DNA of 64,000 bases from Macrostomum lignano (taxonomy: Eukaryota), in the NCBI GenBank assembly GCA_002269645.1, contig NIVC01000995.1, forward strand, positions 310,001 through 374,000. The letters run 5' to 3'. Below are positions 1 through 10,848 of the stretch, one piece after another. The notes beneath the pieces were generated by a model. It ran no database searches. It saw only the letters and a program-made list of their open reading frames with translations, and was not told the DNA's origin. Numbering within the stretch: position 1 is the first letter of the stretch; each line of letters begins with the position of its first letter. The position numbers and the translations under genes were made by a program.

Positions 1-139
1 TAAACAAACTGAATTAATTTAACTACATTTTATTAACGCTTGAAAAAAACCTGGTGTCATGTTATTGTCATTTTTTCATGCACAGTTTTTCAAAGCCAAT
101 AGAATATATATTTTTTTTTATTAGAGGCAGGGGGGTTGT

Positions 140-340
140 GTGCACCCTGGCGCACTTTAAGCGACATAGGCACACAACCGGCGAGAGGCATTACTGCCCA
201 TTCCGCCGACTCCCCTGAGCAGGCATACAAGCGCGCGGATACGTTACGCAGGCACACACTCACACAGGAGTGTACAGCGGCCCTAACTTTATTTATCGTT
301 AGGCATGTACACTTCACTGCGCCTTGGGGGGTTGGCTCTC
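140..340 (+). mobile_element. ~200-bp structured dispersed repeat, copy 1 (SINE/MITE-like, unclassified)
   Basis: Shares gcaccctggcgca...tacgcaggcac..ctcacacagg.gtgtacagcggccct.ac...gt.aggcatgtacac...gcc with copies at 9708-9896 (-), 27896-28010 (+) and 39679-39800 (+). Internal hairpin 270-312. Confidence 0.75.
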
Positions 341-1926
341 AAGGCCGTTAATTGCACAAGCGAGCCAAGCCGAAATTCCAATTCAGCCCCAAATTAATGT
401 GGCTGCACTTGGAATCGAGCCTGGGTCGCGGCACACCAGAGCAGCTGCGCTACCGCTGGGCTACGGCCCCCCTCAATAGAATATATACTATATGGAAATA
501 TGTCAGCTGTCCCCAAACGCTAACGGGCCTGACTGGGTAAAAAGTTTATGCTGTATACATTTACAATAGAATAAAACGGGGGTCAAGGTAATGACTATTT
601 CCGATTTAGAGTGTTCAGACCCACTAATTAAGCCTATATAGATATACAGTAAGGCCTTCGTGACTTGATGTAGCTGCGGAAAAGCAAAACGAACCAAAGG
701 GACTCCTGCTATCATCAATTAAGCAAATCGCAGACATCAAGATACAGTTCCACTAGAATTTCCTGCCAAATCAATCGCATGAAAATAAATCATATTGTCA
801 TTGATATATTGCCAAATCAGTTATGGTGATGGCACTTGGTATCCGATGCATCTTACAATTCAGTGCTGGTAAAGAGAACGAATTCGTAATACATGTAACT
901 TTATTTATAGTTTCTATACTATATACCTACTAGATACCGACAGACCATTTTTAGTATTTCTATACTAGTTTACATGGGGGTGGGTGCACGACAAAAGCTT
1001 AATTTCAGGCTAGCATAATATATGCGCGGCTTTCCTATTGGCCGGCGCGAAAACCAAATTGAAAAAACCAGAAATTATCGATTGCATTGTACATAGGCTT
1101 TACGAACGTACGTCACGCAATGTTGTCAAAATTCCTTGGGCATTACTATAAGCAGACGTTAGAGTACGAGACCATCAAATTAACAATATTATAGAATGGC
1201 ACTGCTTCTAGAAACGGCCCTTGTCGGGGCCACCTCAACTGACAACGTCACAGTATTGATTATTTTTACTTTTAGGTGGAGTGGTGGTATACGATAAATG
1301 AAGCATCTCGACAATAAAAATATGACTAGGTCGAGTGAAAAGAAGCATTATCCACGACGACACTTGACAAACCAGGCTATAAGAAAGTTCTTGAAATCTC
1401 GTAAGCCAATTCCCTCTTCAAAGCAGACGGCTTGTCTTCGGCTTGATCAAAGAATGAACTTGACAACCTCTCATCGCGAGAGAGTGACTGTTCAGGCATG
1501 AGGGCGAAATCCCTAATGAGCGAAGCAGGCCGACTGACAAGTCTTGTCGTCCAGAATGTACGTGTAATTAACGCACGAATTGAAGCCCAAGTTTTGTTCG
1601 GGGCTTTTCTATTAACGAATTTTCAGCTCAGAATGTCACCTCGATTTCCTGTGACACCGGTGCTTAAATCCCTGCTACACCTAATGAGCTGAAGGGGCAG
1701 TGCCGGAACGAGAGTGAGATGGGCCAAGAAAGTGTTAAACATCCACAGCGGATTCGCAGCAAAGGGAAATGATTTTGAATGAGATCAGATAGGAAATTCA
1801 ATGCGTCATCAAGTATCCTGATAGGCTACTCAATTATTCAAATACTCAAATAATCTCTTTCGTCGGCTGAAGCATCTTTGAGATTATGCGTGTAGTAGAC
1901 AAAATATGAAATGATTTATACCAGCT

Positions 1927-2153
1927 TTATTCCAATTGACTTTGCATTAGATGGATAATATAAATTATTCCAATTGACTTTGCATTAGATGGATAATATA
2001 AATTATTCCAATTGACTTTGCATTAGATGGATAATATAAATTATTCCATTTGATTTTGCACTAGATGGATAATATAAATTAGTCCAATTGATTTTACATT
2101 AGATGGATAATATAAATTAGTCCAATTGATTTTGCATTAGATGGATAATATAA
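1927..2153. repeat. 38-bp tandem repeat, ~6 copies
   Basis: Unit ttattccaattgactttgcattagatggataatataaa. Confidence 0.95.
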
Positions 2154-2570
2154 AATTGCAGAACCGAACGCCATGCGAAAGCAAGAGGAATTAAGAAGTG
2201 TCGCGCCAGTTTTGATTTCACGGGTGTCAAAAGGAGGAGATTCTACTACACGTTTCAGGAGTTTTGTTGCAGGTATAATCTAGCTAGTGCTGATAGATTG
2301 ATAGATTTTCAATCAAATCTGTCGCTATTGTTTATGTTTTAGTGCTTCTGTATTCGGATTGCTGTTGTTGAGTCTCTCGGGACGGCAAGCAAGTCTTCAT
2401 GCTCAAAGCCAGATTTCAAGGGCAGCTTTTTCGCAGCACGGAAATCTTTAGGAAAGGCATTTGAGAAAGGTTGAGGCACTTACATTGTCCACTTACGCAC
2501 GAGAGCTCGTTTCCAACAAAACAACCTTTATAGATCAGATAAAAACTAGAATGCTCCTTGATTAGCCAAG

Positions 2571-2775
2571 GCATGCAAGGTGGGTTCAGCATGTCTGTGT
2601 AGCATGAGACAGACCAGGCCTACGAGCTAAGGTCTGCGATCCTACACACCTGCATCCCCTCTATTCTGGTGCAGGAATGGCAGGAGAACTCTCTCCAAGC
2701 TGACTCGCAAGCCGACCCAGGGGTTCACGCCCCGCATGTGTTCAAGGCAGCTCTAGGGCTGCTGGACTGACTGGG
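2571..2775 (+). ncRNA. HDV/CPEB3-like self-cleaving ribozyme at the 5' end of the retrotransposon
   Basis: P1 GCAUGC 2571-76 / GCAUGU 2734-39 with G1-U wobble; P2 CCCAG 2716-20 / CUGGG 2771-75; P3 GGG 2721-23 / CCC 2731-33; L3 UUCACGC; J1.1/4 GU; P4 2742-2766; J4/2 CUGA with candidate catalytic C2767. G1 is the first base after the TSD. Confidence 0.8.
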
Positions 2776-3079
2776 CTCCGGCGGCGGCAACTCATCCGTG
2801 GCCTGTTGGCCAAGTTGGGTACGGGTTCCGCCCGGAAGTGAACCTGTGAGTTAGTGAGTATCAGGTACCTCTGGCCACGGCTCTGAGGAACAGGTATCAC
2901 CCTCTGACCTTAACAGGGTATGCGGCCAGTCCGCAGGCTCCGGAGGCAGTCCTCCTGCTTCTCTCAAGGGCCCAGTGTAGTACCGTGCTGATGGTCCTTT
3001 GGTTCGGCCTCTGGTTTTTCCAAGCCGGGCTCTTAGCCAAGTTTCTCGGTTGCTAGCAGTAGGGCCGGTAAGGGCTTAA

Positions 3080-4530
3080 GCCACTCCCCGGTCGCTACCT
3101 CTGCCTGGCTGGTGGGTGGCCCAGCCGGACATTCGCAACACCGGAACCTTCGGTGCTTCTCAGTCTGCCGCTGTCGCCGCTCAGGACAATACCGAAGCGG
3201 CTGGAAAACAGGACAGCGGACCTCAGCCCTCTAAGAAGAAGGCCCGTAGCATTGCTCGCTACAAAGCCTTTCTCCAGCGCAAAGTGGAGGAACGGAGGAA
3301 TGCGAAAGCCGCCCCTCCGGCCACCTCCGAGGAGGGTGCCGGTAACTCTGCGAACCTCGCGGAGGAGCCGACATCCGACAAGGGGGTGGACCCCGCGCGT
3401 CGGTCAGATGCATCAGGTGCCGCCGAAGCTCCTGGTGCGGCTGGCCCCTTTCGTGGCGGGACCTCTGCCCATGTGGAAGCTCCCACGGCTGTGGAGGGAT
3501 CCAAAGCGGGGGGTGCTGGCCAAACCACCAAGCCGAAGCGCACCTACGCGGCTATGGCCAAGAGGCAGCCGGCCCTGGTTATTCAAGGCCAGGAGACGCC
3601 TCTTACGGCCGAAAAGCTCGACCTTATCTGGCGCAGGTTGGACTCCCACCTGGTCAAGATGGCCTTGAGCGGTACCGCTATTCCAGTCCAAAAGACGAAA
3701 GTCGAGGACCAAGCCCTCCATATCCAGCCCGCCGACAGCCAGTCAGGACAGCAGCTCCTCGAGCTGCTGAAAACCTTCGACTGGGGTACGGAGCTGGAAA
3801 ACCTGTTTATCTACAGGGAGGACGAGCGACCCCGGACACACCGGCACCGTGCCTGGATCCCGGCTCGCAGCTGCATCACCAAGGCCGACGAGCTGTGTCA
3901 CCTGCTGGTGGCTTCCAACCCGGAGCTACCGGCCAACGGTGTCGTAGTTCACGAGACCATCTCTAAGCCGGGCGGAGATGGTTTCATGGCTATTCTCAGA
4001 CTGTCGGATAGCTGGATGCTCCGCTATCCGGACATGTCCCTCATCTCTGTCGGGCTGATGCAGATTCAGCTCTTTAGCTTTGAGTCTGACGCCACCCGTC
4101 CACCGCCCCTGGAGAAGCGTAAGCGGGCGAGCGGGGGCTCTGCCGGGCGGAAACGCCCAGGAAAAGAAGCTCCCGGTCGTCACAACCCCTCCGAGGACGT
4201 GGACCCTGTCAGAGGGAAAGCCGCGAAAGCTGCAGCAACAGGCGGACGTGGAAAGGGCCGGAAACCCGCCCGGAACACTATCCGCTCTGGTCTGACTCAG
4301 CGCGCGAAGCAGCTGCTGGACACCGCCAGGGCCCATAACCGAAGCAACCCCCAGCCCAGTGTCACCACTGCGCCCCCCCCCCCCCGGAAAACCGGGCCGA
4401 GAGCGAGAATGCCGCCCAGGTGGAGGCATCGCCCTCGACCATGGAGACCATCCGGGAGGAGCCCATGGAGCTGGAGCCGGGAGCTATCGGCGAGGCAGAA
4501 GAGGCGGCTCTCCTGCACAACTCGCCTTGA
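3080..4530 (+). pseudogene. Retrotransposon ORF1 (DUF4780-like LOA ORF1), frameshifted at a C13 run
   Basis: Open frame from 3080 (first in-frame ATG at 3554). Segment DWG.EL.....DERP....RAWIP.....NPEL.....GL..IQL resembles LOA-type ORF1 (recognised by eye). After the C run at 4373-4385 another frame gives a natural acidic end (ENRAESENAAQVEASPSTMETIREEPMELEPGAIGEAEEAALLHNSP*, TGA 4528-30). Confidence 0.7.
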
Positions 4531-4572
4531 GCCGGCAGGAAGCTGCGCGGACCACTCGTAGATTCCCCGGAG

Positions 4573-7500
4573 TGGACATCCTGCAGCTAAACCTACACCA
4601 CTGCATCGCGGCCTCGACCAGCCTGATGCGGGTGGCAAACTTTGTGAAACCGGACATTATCCTACTCCAGGAGCCCTGGACAAAGAAAGGTAGGATTCTG
4701 AATATTCCTGCTGGTTTTGATTGTTTTCAAGACCCCCAAAACCCCAGAGCAGCCATGTTCGTGTCTACCCATCTCAAAGCTTTGCACAGACCGGACCTCT
4801 GACAGAGACCTCTGTGTCATTCAGTCCAACCACATTATCACCAACCGCACGGTCATCATCGCCTCGATCTATATCCCTGGCGATGGCCCCGCGGTGCCAC
4901 CCAGCCTCACCTCCCTCGTGGACTACTGCTCTAACCGTAGGTTCGAGCTGCTGGTGGCGGGCGACGTCAACGCTCACCACACCCACTGGGGCAGTAATAT
5001 TTCCAATAGCAGAGGCGAGGAACTCCTTGCTTACATCTGCACCACCAACACTGAGTTTTGCAACATTGGTGGAAGCCCCACCTTTGACAACGGGCGATGG
5101 ACGGAGGCCCTCGACGTTACCCTCGTTTCCCATGGCTTGGCTTCTTTAGTCAAGGACTGGGAGGTGTGGGACGAAGAAGAGTCTCTGTCTGACCATCGCT
5201 TCGTTCGTTTTCGATTGCAATCCTCTTGCCCCAAGCCTCACATTCTGTGGAAAAGGAACGTCCGGAACACTGACTGGACGGCTTTCACGGAAACCCTGAA
5301 ATGCCAGACAGATCAGCTGTCTACCGCCGCTCCAACCACCTGTCAGGAAGTGGATGACCTCGCTGACTTGCTCAGCAAAACCGTCCTGACAGCTCATGAG
5401 GCTTCCTGTCCTCTTAAAGCCTACAAAGGCAAAAAATTCGCCCCTTGGTGGCACCCGGCGCTTGGATCCCTCCGGCGCAAGGCAAAGTGCCTCCAACGGA
5501 AAGCTCGCAAGAGCAAGGACCCAGCCGACCTGGCCGCCTATCAAGACGCGATTCGCGACTTCAAGCGTGAAACCAGGAAAGCCAAGTCCGACAAGTGGCG
5601 CCAATACTGCGCGGAGTTAGAAGGCACCCGCCCTACTTCACGCGTGGTTAAGGCTCTCACCCTCGACAAAATGTCAAAGCTCTCAGTCATTAAAAGACCA
5701 GACGGCCGGCTCGCTGAGAACCCTGGGGAATCGCTGGACATCATGCTCACCAGCTCTTTCCCACGTGCCGCGCAGCAACTAGGCCCACCCGACCACTCTC
5801 CGGGCGGACAGATCCTGGCTTCGACCATCATTACTAGAGAGAGGACGGCTCGCGCCGGAAAATCCTTCTCTCCTTTCAAGTCACCGGGACCTGACAACAT
5901 TTATCCTGCCTTCCTCCATGAGGTAGTTAAAAATGACAGGTTTCCCGGCCTCCTCTGCAACCTCTTCAAGGCCAGCATTACCATCGGGTACGTGCCAAAA
6001 GCCTGGCAAGAGGCTACGGTAGTCTTCATACCCAAGCCAGGGAAGGGAGACTATCACTCTGCCAAAGCTTACCGCCCTATCAGTCTGACGTCCTTCTTCC
6101 TCAAACTGATGGAACGGCTGGTGCTCTGGCGCCTTCTCCTCGTAGAGCTGAGGAACTCCCCGCTCTCCCCCAATCAACACGCCTTTCGTCCTGGACGCTC
6201 CATCGAAAGTGCGCTGCACGCCATTGTCGACAAGCTGGAGCGCGCCGTGCTTGGCAGTGGATACGCGCTGTCGCTTCTCCTCGACATTGATGGTGCTTTC
6301 GATAATGTGCTCTTTTAAGCCTTTAAGCGGGCCCTGGAATCCCGGGGCACGCACGAGCACTTCACTCGCTGGATCATGTACATGGTCTCCCATCGTACTG
6401 CCACCTCGCACCTCCTGGGACACTCACGCTCCGTGGAAGTCCAGAAAGGCGGACCGCAAGGTGGAGTCCTCAGCCCGATCCTCTGGAATTTAGTCATGGA
6501 TGAGCTGCTTTGCAGCCCGCATCCGGACCCAGTTCAGAAGGTCGGCTATGCGGACGATGTTACCGCCACTGTGGCTGGACCATCGCCCGCGGTCCTCAGG
6601 GACCTCCTTCAAGCCTCCATCCACCGTGCCGAGCGCTGGGCACATAGCTGCGGTCTCAGGTTCTCTGAGTCTAAAACCGTGGCTATCATGTTCAACAGCC
6701 GCCGAAACTGGAGGATCGAACCGCTCTCCCTCTATGGCAAACCTGTTGCCATGGAGAAACAAACCAGATGTCTGGGCGTCACCCTCGACCACAGGTTGAG
6801 CTGGACCCCGCACATCCAAACCAAAGCCCGCAAAGCTCTCGCGACTCTCGTGCAGATCCACAGAGCTTTCGGTGCTACCTGGGGCCTCACCCCCCGCCTC
6901 CTCTGGTGGATTTACACTGCCATTGTTAGACCGGCCATCTCCTTCGCCGCTTCATTTGGAATAGTGCCCTAGAGGTGAAAGGGGTTCTTGAGGTTCTAAA
7001 TAGGGTGCAAGGCCGCGCTTGTCGAGCTATGAGCGCGGCTCCCTCTACGCCCTTCGCTGGCATGAACTCCTTGGAAATTCCCCCCCTCGACCTCTTTGTT
7101 AGAGGGGAGGCAATGAAAACCACCCGCCGTCTGCTTGATGCGGGTGTCCAAATCCAGAAGCAGTTTGCCTTCAGAAAGCGGAACCTCCGGCCGCATGGCG
7201 ACCTCAGCCTGCGAGACCTGGAAGCAGCGAGAGGTCTGCTGACCCTCTCGGACGGAATCCCGTCCACGCTCTGCCCTCCGCTCAAATTCAAAACCAGCAT
7301 TCCACCACGTCATGAAGCAAGAGACAACTGGAAACCCCATGAAATCCACTGCTTCACTGACGGGTCCCAAATCAACTCCGCCTCTGGCTACGGCTACTGC
7401 ATCGTGTCTGGAGGGAGAACTGTGGCGACCTTCTCCCAACACACCGGCACCTGCTCCAACGTCTTCCAGAACCATGGAGCTGTACAATCAGCGCGTCTGG

Positions 7501-8242
7501 GGGAAGGAAATTACCCTCCACTCAGACAGTCAAGCGGCGATTCACGCCTTTGAGCGAACCACCACCTCGTCGCGTACAGTCCTCGACTGTATCGGGCAGC
7601 TCAACCGCTTAGGCGCCTCTAACAAGGTGTCCCTAAGGTGGATCCCCGGGCAATCGGGCCACCCCGGCAACGAGCTGGCCGATCACCTGGCCAAGGCTGG
7701 CTCGACCGGTTCTTTCACTGGTCCCCTGCCCGTGGCCCCCACCCCCCAACGCCGTTGTCACCACTCGTATCAACCAGTAGGTGGCTTCTAAGCACAGGGA
7801 GAGGTGGGCTAACGCCCCGACTGCCGGCAATCCCGCGCGGCTGTACCCTGTCCTTCCTCCGCCCTTGCGCAGGGCCCTGCTTGGACTCAACCGCAGGGAC
7901 ATCAGGGCGGTGACCATGGCCCTCTCGGGTCATGGCTGCTTTGCCAGGCATCGTCACCTCCAGGGGAAAATCCGCAGTGAAGAATGCCCATTCTGCCTCT
8001 CCGGTGTCCAGAATGCGGAGCACTTCATCTGTGAATGCCCCGCCTTTACCCAGGACAGGCTCGCCTACCTCGGCCCAAACCCGGACCTCTCCGACGTTTT
8101 CAGGCCCGAGAATCTCTGCCAGCTCGTCCGCTACCTAAGGGCTACCGGGCGAGCGACAGTCCACCTCCTGGACTCTCCGGAGAGGGACCGCGCTGCGGAC
8201 ACCGGCGCCACCGGAACTCCCTGCGCGACACCGCAGCACTAG
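4573..8242 (+). pseudogene. Retrotransposon ORF2 (endonuclease, reverse transcriptase, RNase H, Zn knuckle), broken
   Basis: Domains are spread over track ORFs 4359-4802, 4717-6318, 6376-6972, 6975-7553, 7312-7791 and 7781-8242. Lesions: frameshift ~4798, in-frame TAA 6316, frameshift ~6950, deletion/frameshift ~7470, frameshift ~7745, TAG 7778. Confidence 0.9.
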
Positions 8243-9025
8243 CTGCCCGTGGTCGCCAGGGGCTAGCGAAATGGTTAGCTGCAACGCCTCCTCGCTGTTT
8301 CCGGACGCACGGAGCCCCCTGCAGCTAAGTCAAGTCAAGTTGATTAGCCAAGTGTTTCTTCCCACGCATTTATCAATGAGTTTCTTATCAATACTCGATA
8401 GCTTATGCTTAAAATTTTTTAGGCTTTAGTAGCCATGCACCTATTAATTCAATCGAGCCACATCATATCAACTATAATTAAGCTGTCAAGAGCAACGGTC
8501 TATTCATGTTGTCTTTAATGATGAAGCACGGAGTTACTGCATGGCTGCTGCTATAGCTATTGTGGTTGTTAGCTGCAGGGTCTTTTGTTATTTTGATGTT
8601 GTTTCTTTCTTGGCAGAAAGAATCCTTCGAGATCGAAGGACATCCTCCCAGCGTACACATGGGGATGACTTGATCCCAGGATGGAATTGTAGGCGATCGT
8701 ATCTATAAGCCCGAGAATTTTTTTGGCCGCGTCTAGGACCACTGACAATACTCGAGCGTAAGTCTTTCGAATGGGACAGTTAAGGCTGATTGAAACTGTC
8801 ATCGAATAAAGCCATCAAACCACATTGACTGATGTACAAAAGAATGCAAGTGGATGTAAAAGTCGTGTGATGACACGAAATTTGGCATTATTGGATGGCA
8901 GTGTGAACGTTGAACGGGGAAGGGGCTTTAGAGTCCATAGCTAATTGTTCCGCTTTGTTGATGTTACTATCGGTACCACGAATATAAGCACCCGAGAATA
9001 TAGGGCAAACCTATGTGAACTAGCT

Positions 9026-9209
9026 ACTAACGGTGCGGCCGAACGCCTAGTCCAGACCTTCAAGAAGGCCATGCAGAATTCGAGCCTGCCACCTCTACGA
9101 GCACTGCAAGAATTTCTGATGCAATATCGGCGGACCCCGACTGGCAACGGCTACTCTCCGAGTGAACTCCTAAACGGCCGGCAGATCAGGACGCAGATCG
9201 ACACGCTTC
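9026..9209 (+). mobile_element. Gypsy-type LTR retrotransposon integrase C-terminal fragment
   Basis: TNGAAERLVQTFKKAM...FLMQYRRTPTGNGYSPSELLNGRQIRT matches the integrase SNG.AER.V.T.K...YR.TP....SP.ELL.GR pattern. No flanking domains or LTRs seen. Confidence 0.8.
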
Positions 9210-9707
9210 TGCTTCTGCTTCTCCGCCGAAATTATAATACTCGGGAAACAAATTTTTTAATTTCCAAATTGCATAATCAATTTTTTGCAATTATGCTATT
9301 TTGGGATTGATTTTTTACTGTCGATTTATGGTCGAAAACAATTTCACATGCTATGTTTACAGCAGAAACGATTAAAAACTGAAAACCGTGCATAAAAGAT
9401 TCTAAAATGGCAAAGCAGAGTTGGTTAAAACAGTTGGGGCGATATTGCTGATCTCTTTCATATTTCACTGCATTGCCACTTTCTATAAGCATAGGTTTGA
9501 AGCTCATACACACCACTTGCCATCAAGAGAACCATCTAACCACCCGACTGATGGACAAATCACCGAGGGCGCAAAGCAGCTCAGCGGTGAACGCGTCTGA
9601 TTCTCGCGCCACGACCCCTGGCTCGATGCCGTGCGCATGCAGCCTCATTAATTTTTAGGCTTATGCACGAAAATTATGGCCAGGGGTTGTCGTGCGATTC
9701 ACACCAC

Positions 9708-9896
9708 GAGGGCCAACCCCCAAAGGCACAGAAAGTGTACATGCCTGACGATTAGAAATCCAGGGGTGCTGTATCGTGTGTGAGCGTGTGTAGGAGTGCG
9801 TGCCTGCGTAGTATACACGCGTCTGCATGTGCTCAGGAGTCAGAGAAATGGCTGGTTGCAGGACAATGTCGCCGAAGGCGTTGCGCCAGGGTGCCC
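9708..9896 (-). mobile_element. ~200-bp structured dispersed repeat, copy 2
   Basis: Reverse complement reads gggcaccctggcgca...tacgcaggcacgc...gtcaggcatgtacactttctgtgcctttgggggttggccc, colinear with 140-340. Confidence 0.75.
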
Positions 9897-10402
9897 GTAG
9901 TATTATTGATGTACATGCATAAGCTCACAAAAATGCATGAAAAGTTGTGTGACCGCAAAATATGGTTTGGCTGCAGGATGGCTGTTCCAACTATAGCTTT
10001 TTTAACATACAGCATTCACCAGATTTGTCTCCAAGTTTGTGATTGTAAACAATAAGAGAGGAAAATTGAAACGAGTCTGCATGGTGAAGAGACATTGCAA
10101 ATTTGGAAGTCGAAGTGCTAATGGTCAAAATACCGACTAGGATGTAGCCAGCTATCCGGATACAACCTATAGCTAGCTAGCAGATGTCCAAGAGCCAATG
10201 AGCATTCGCTCAGACCCGAGCCTGCCTCTCAGCCCTACTGGTACACCCCTGACTTGAGATTATAGACAAGCTCGAGAATGCGTCTGGCTGCACACAGTTG
10301 ATTCCCAAGCCCAGTTCTGCCAGTTTGACGGGCCCAACCAGAAACTAATATAACAGGTTTAGTGTTGGAAGTTCCACTCAGTGTTGCATCGTAAATTTAA
10401 GC

Positions 10403-10848
10403 ATGACGGTGAACTCCCTGCCAGGCGCACTGCTGTTGGGCCTTCTAATGCTGCTGCCGGGCGGCGGCGATACCGCTGCGGCATTCGGCGAGGACGACAG
10501 GTCGCTGCAGCTGACCAGCCTGGGGCTCAGCGGCGGCGCCGACGGAGCTAACTTCAACTTCGGCGGGGGCATTGGCGGCCCACCCGGCGCAGGTGGGGAT
10601 CCCAACCAGCTGCTGGATCCCAACAAGTTCCAATCGCCTGAGGCGCTTAAGGAATACCTGGAGCGGCTGCAGCTTTACTATGCCCTAGTGGGACGGCCGA
10701 GGTATGCAGGAACTGAATACTGGCGGAGATATAGATGGGCAGACAGTAGATAAGTGGCTTGGACACTGGGATGGCTGATTTGCAATGGAAAATAAGAATT
10801 AGGGATTCTCTCCCCTTCCGCAGGTTCGGCAAGAGGCGGAGGCGCTAG
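10403..10848 (+). CDS. npf: Neuropeptide F / NPY-family precursor (2 exons: 10403-10701, 10824-10848)
   Basis: Signal peptide, then ...PEALKEYLERLQLYYALVGRPR|FGKRRRR*. GRPRF-G-KR amidation/cleavage site, with the family-typical phase-2 intron in the penultimate Arg codon (ag|gtatgc...ccgcag|g). AATAAA at 10996. Confidence 0.93.

Larger units (their letters stand above)
2571..8339 (+). mobile_element. Full-length non-LTR retrotransposon, LOA/I group (ORF1 + APE-RT-RNase H-CCHC ORF2), with disabling mutations
   Basis: 13-bp TSD ttgattagccaag at 2558-2570 and 8340-8352; 3' tail of caagt repeats. APE motifs ILQLNLHHC, LLQEPW, GDVNAHH, SDH; RT motifs KSPGPDNI, YRPISLTS, QHAFRPGRS, PQGGVLSPILW, YADD; RNase H motifs FTDGS, SDSQAAI, WIPGQSG..GNELADHLAK; C-terminal CPFC...EHFICEC. 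Confidence 0.95.

Noticed and set aside
503-1692. Short ORFs at 503-718, 1298-1501 and 1498-1692
   Set aside because: No recognisable motifs or coherent exon chain.
4373-4385. ORF1-ORF2 single fused ORF if the C run were 12 long
   Set aside because: The third frame gives a more natural acidic ORF1 C-terminus ending at 4530; cannot be settled without other copies.
3153-8328. Overlapping and antisense ORFs within the retrotransposon
   Set aside because: Expected by-products of GC-rich coding sequence; no motifs of their own.
8478-8802. Minus-strand ORFs next to the retrotransposon 3' end
   Set aside because: No identifiable homology; may be decayed mobile DNA but unsupported.
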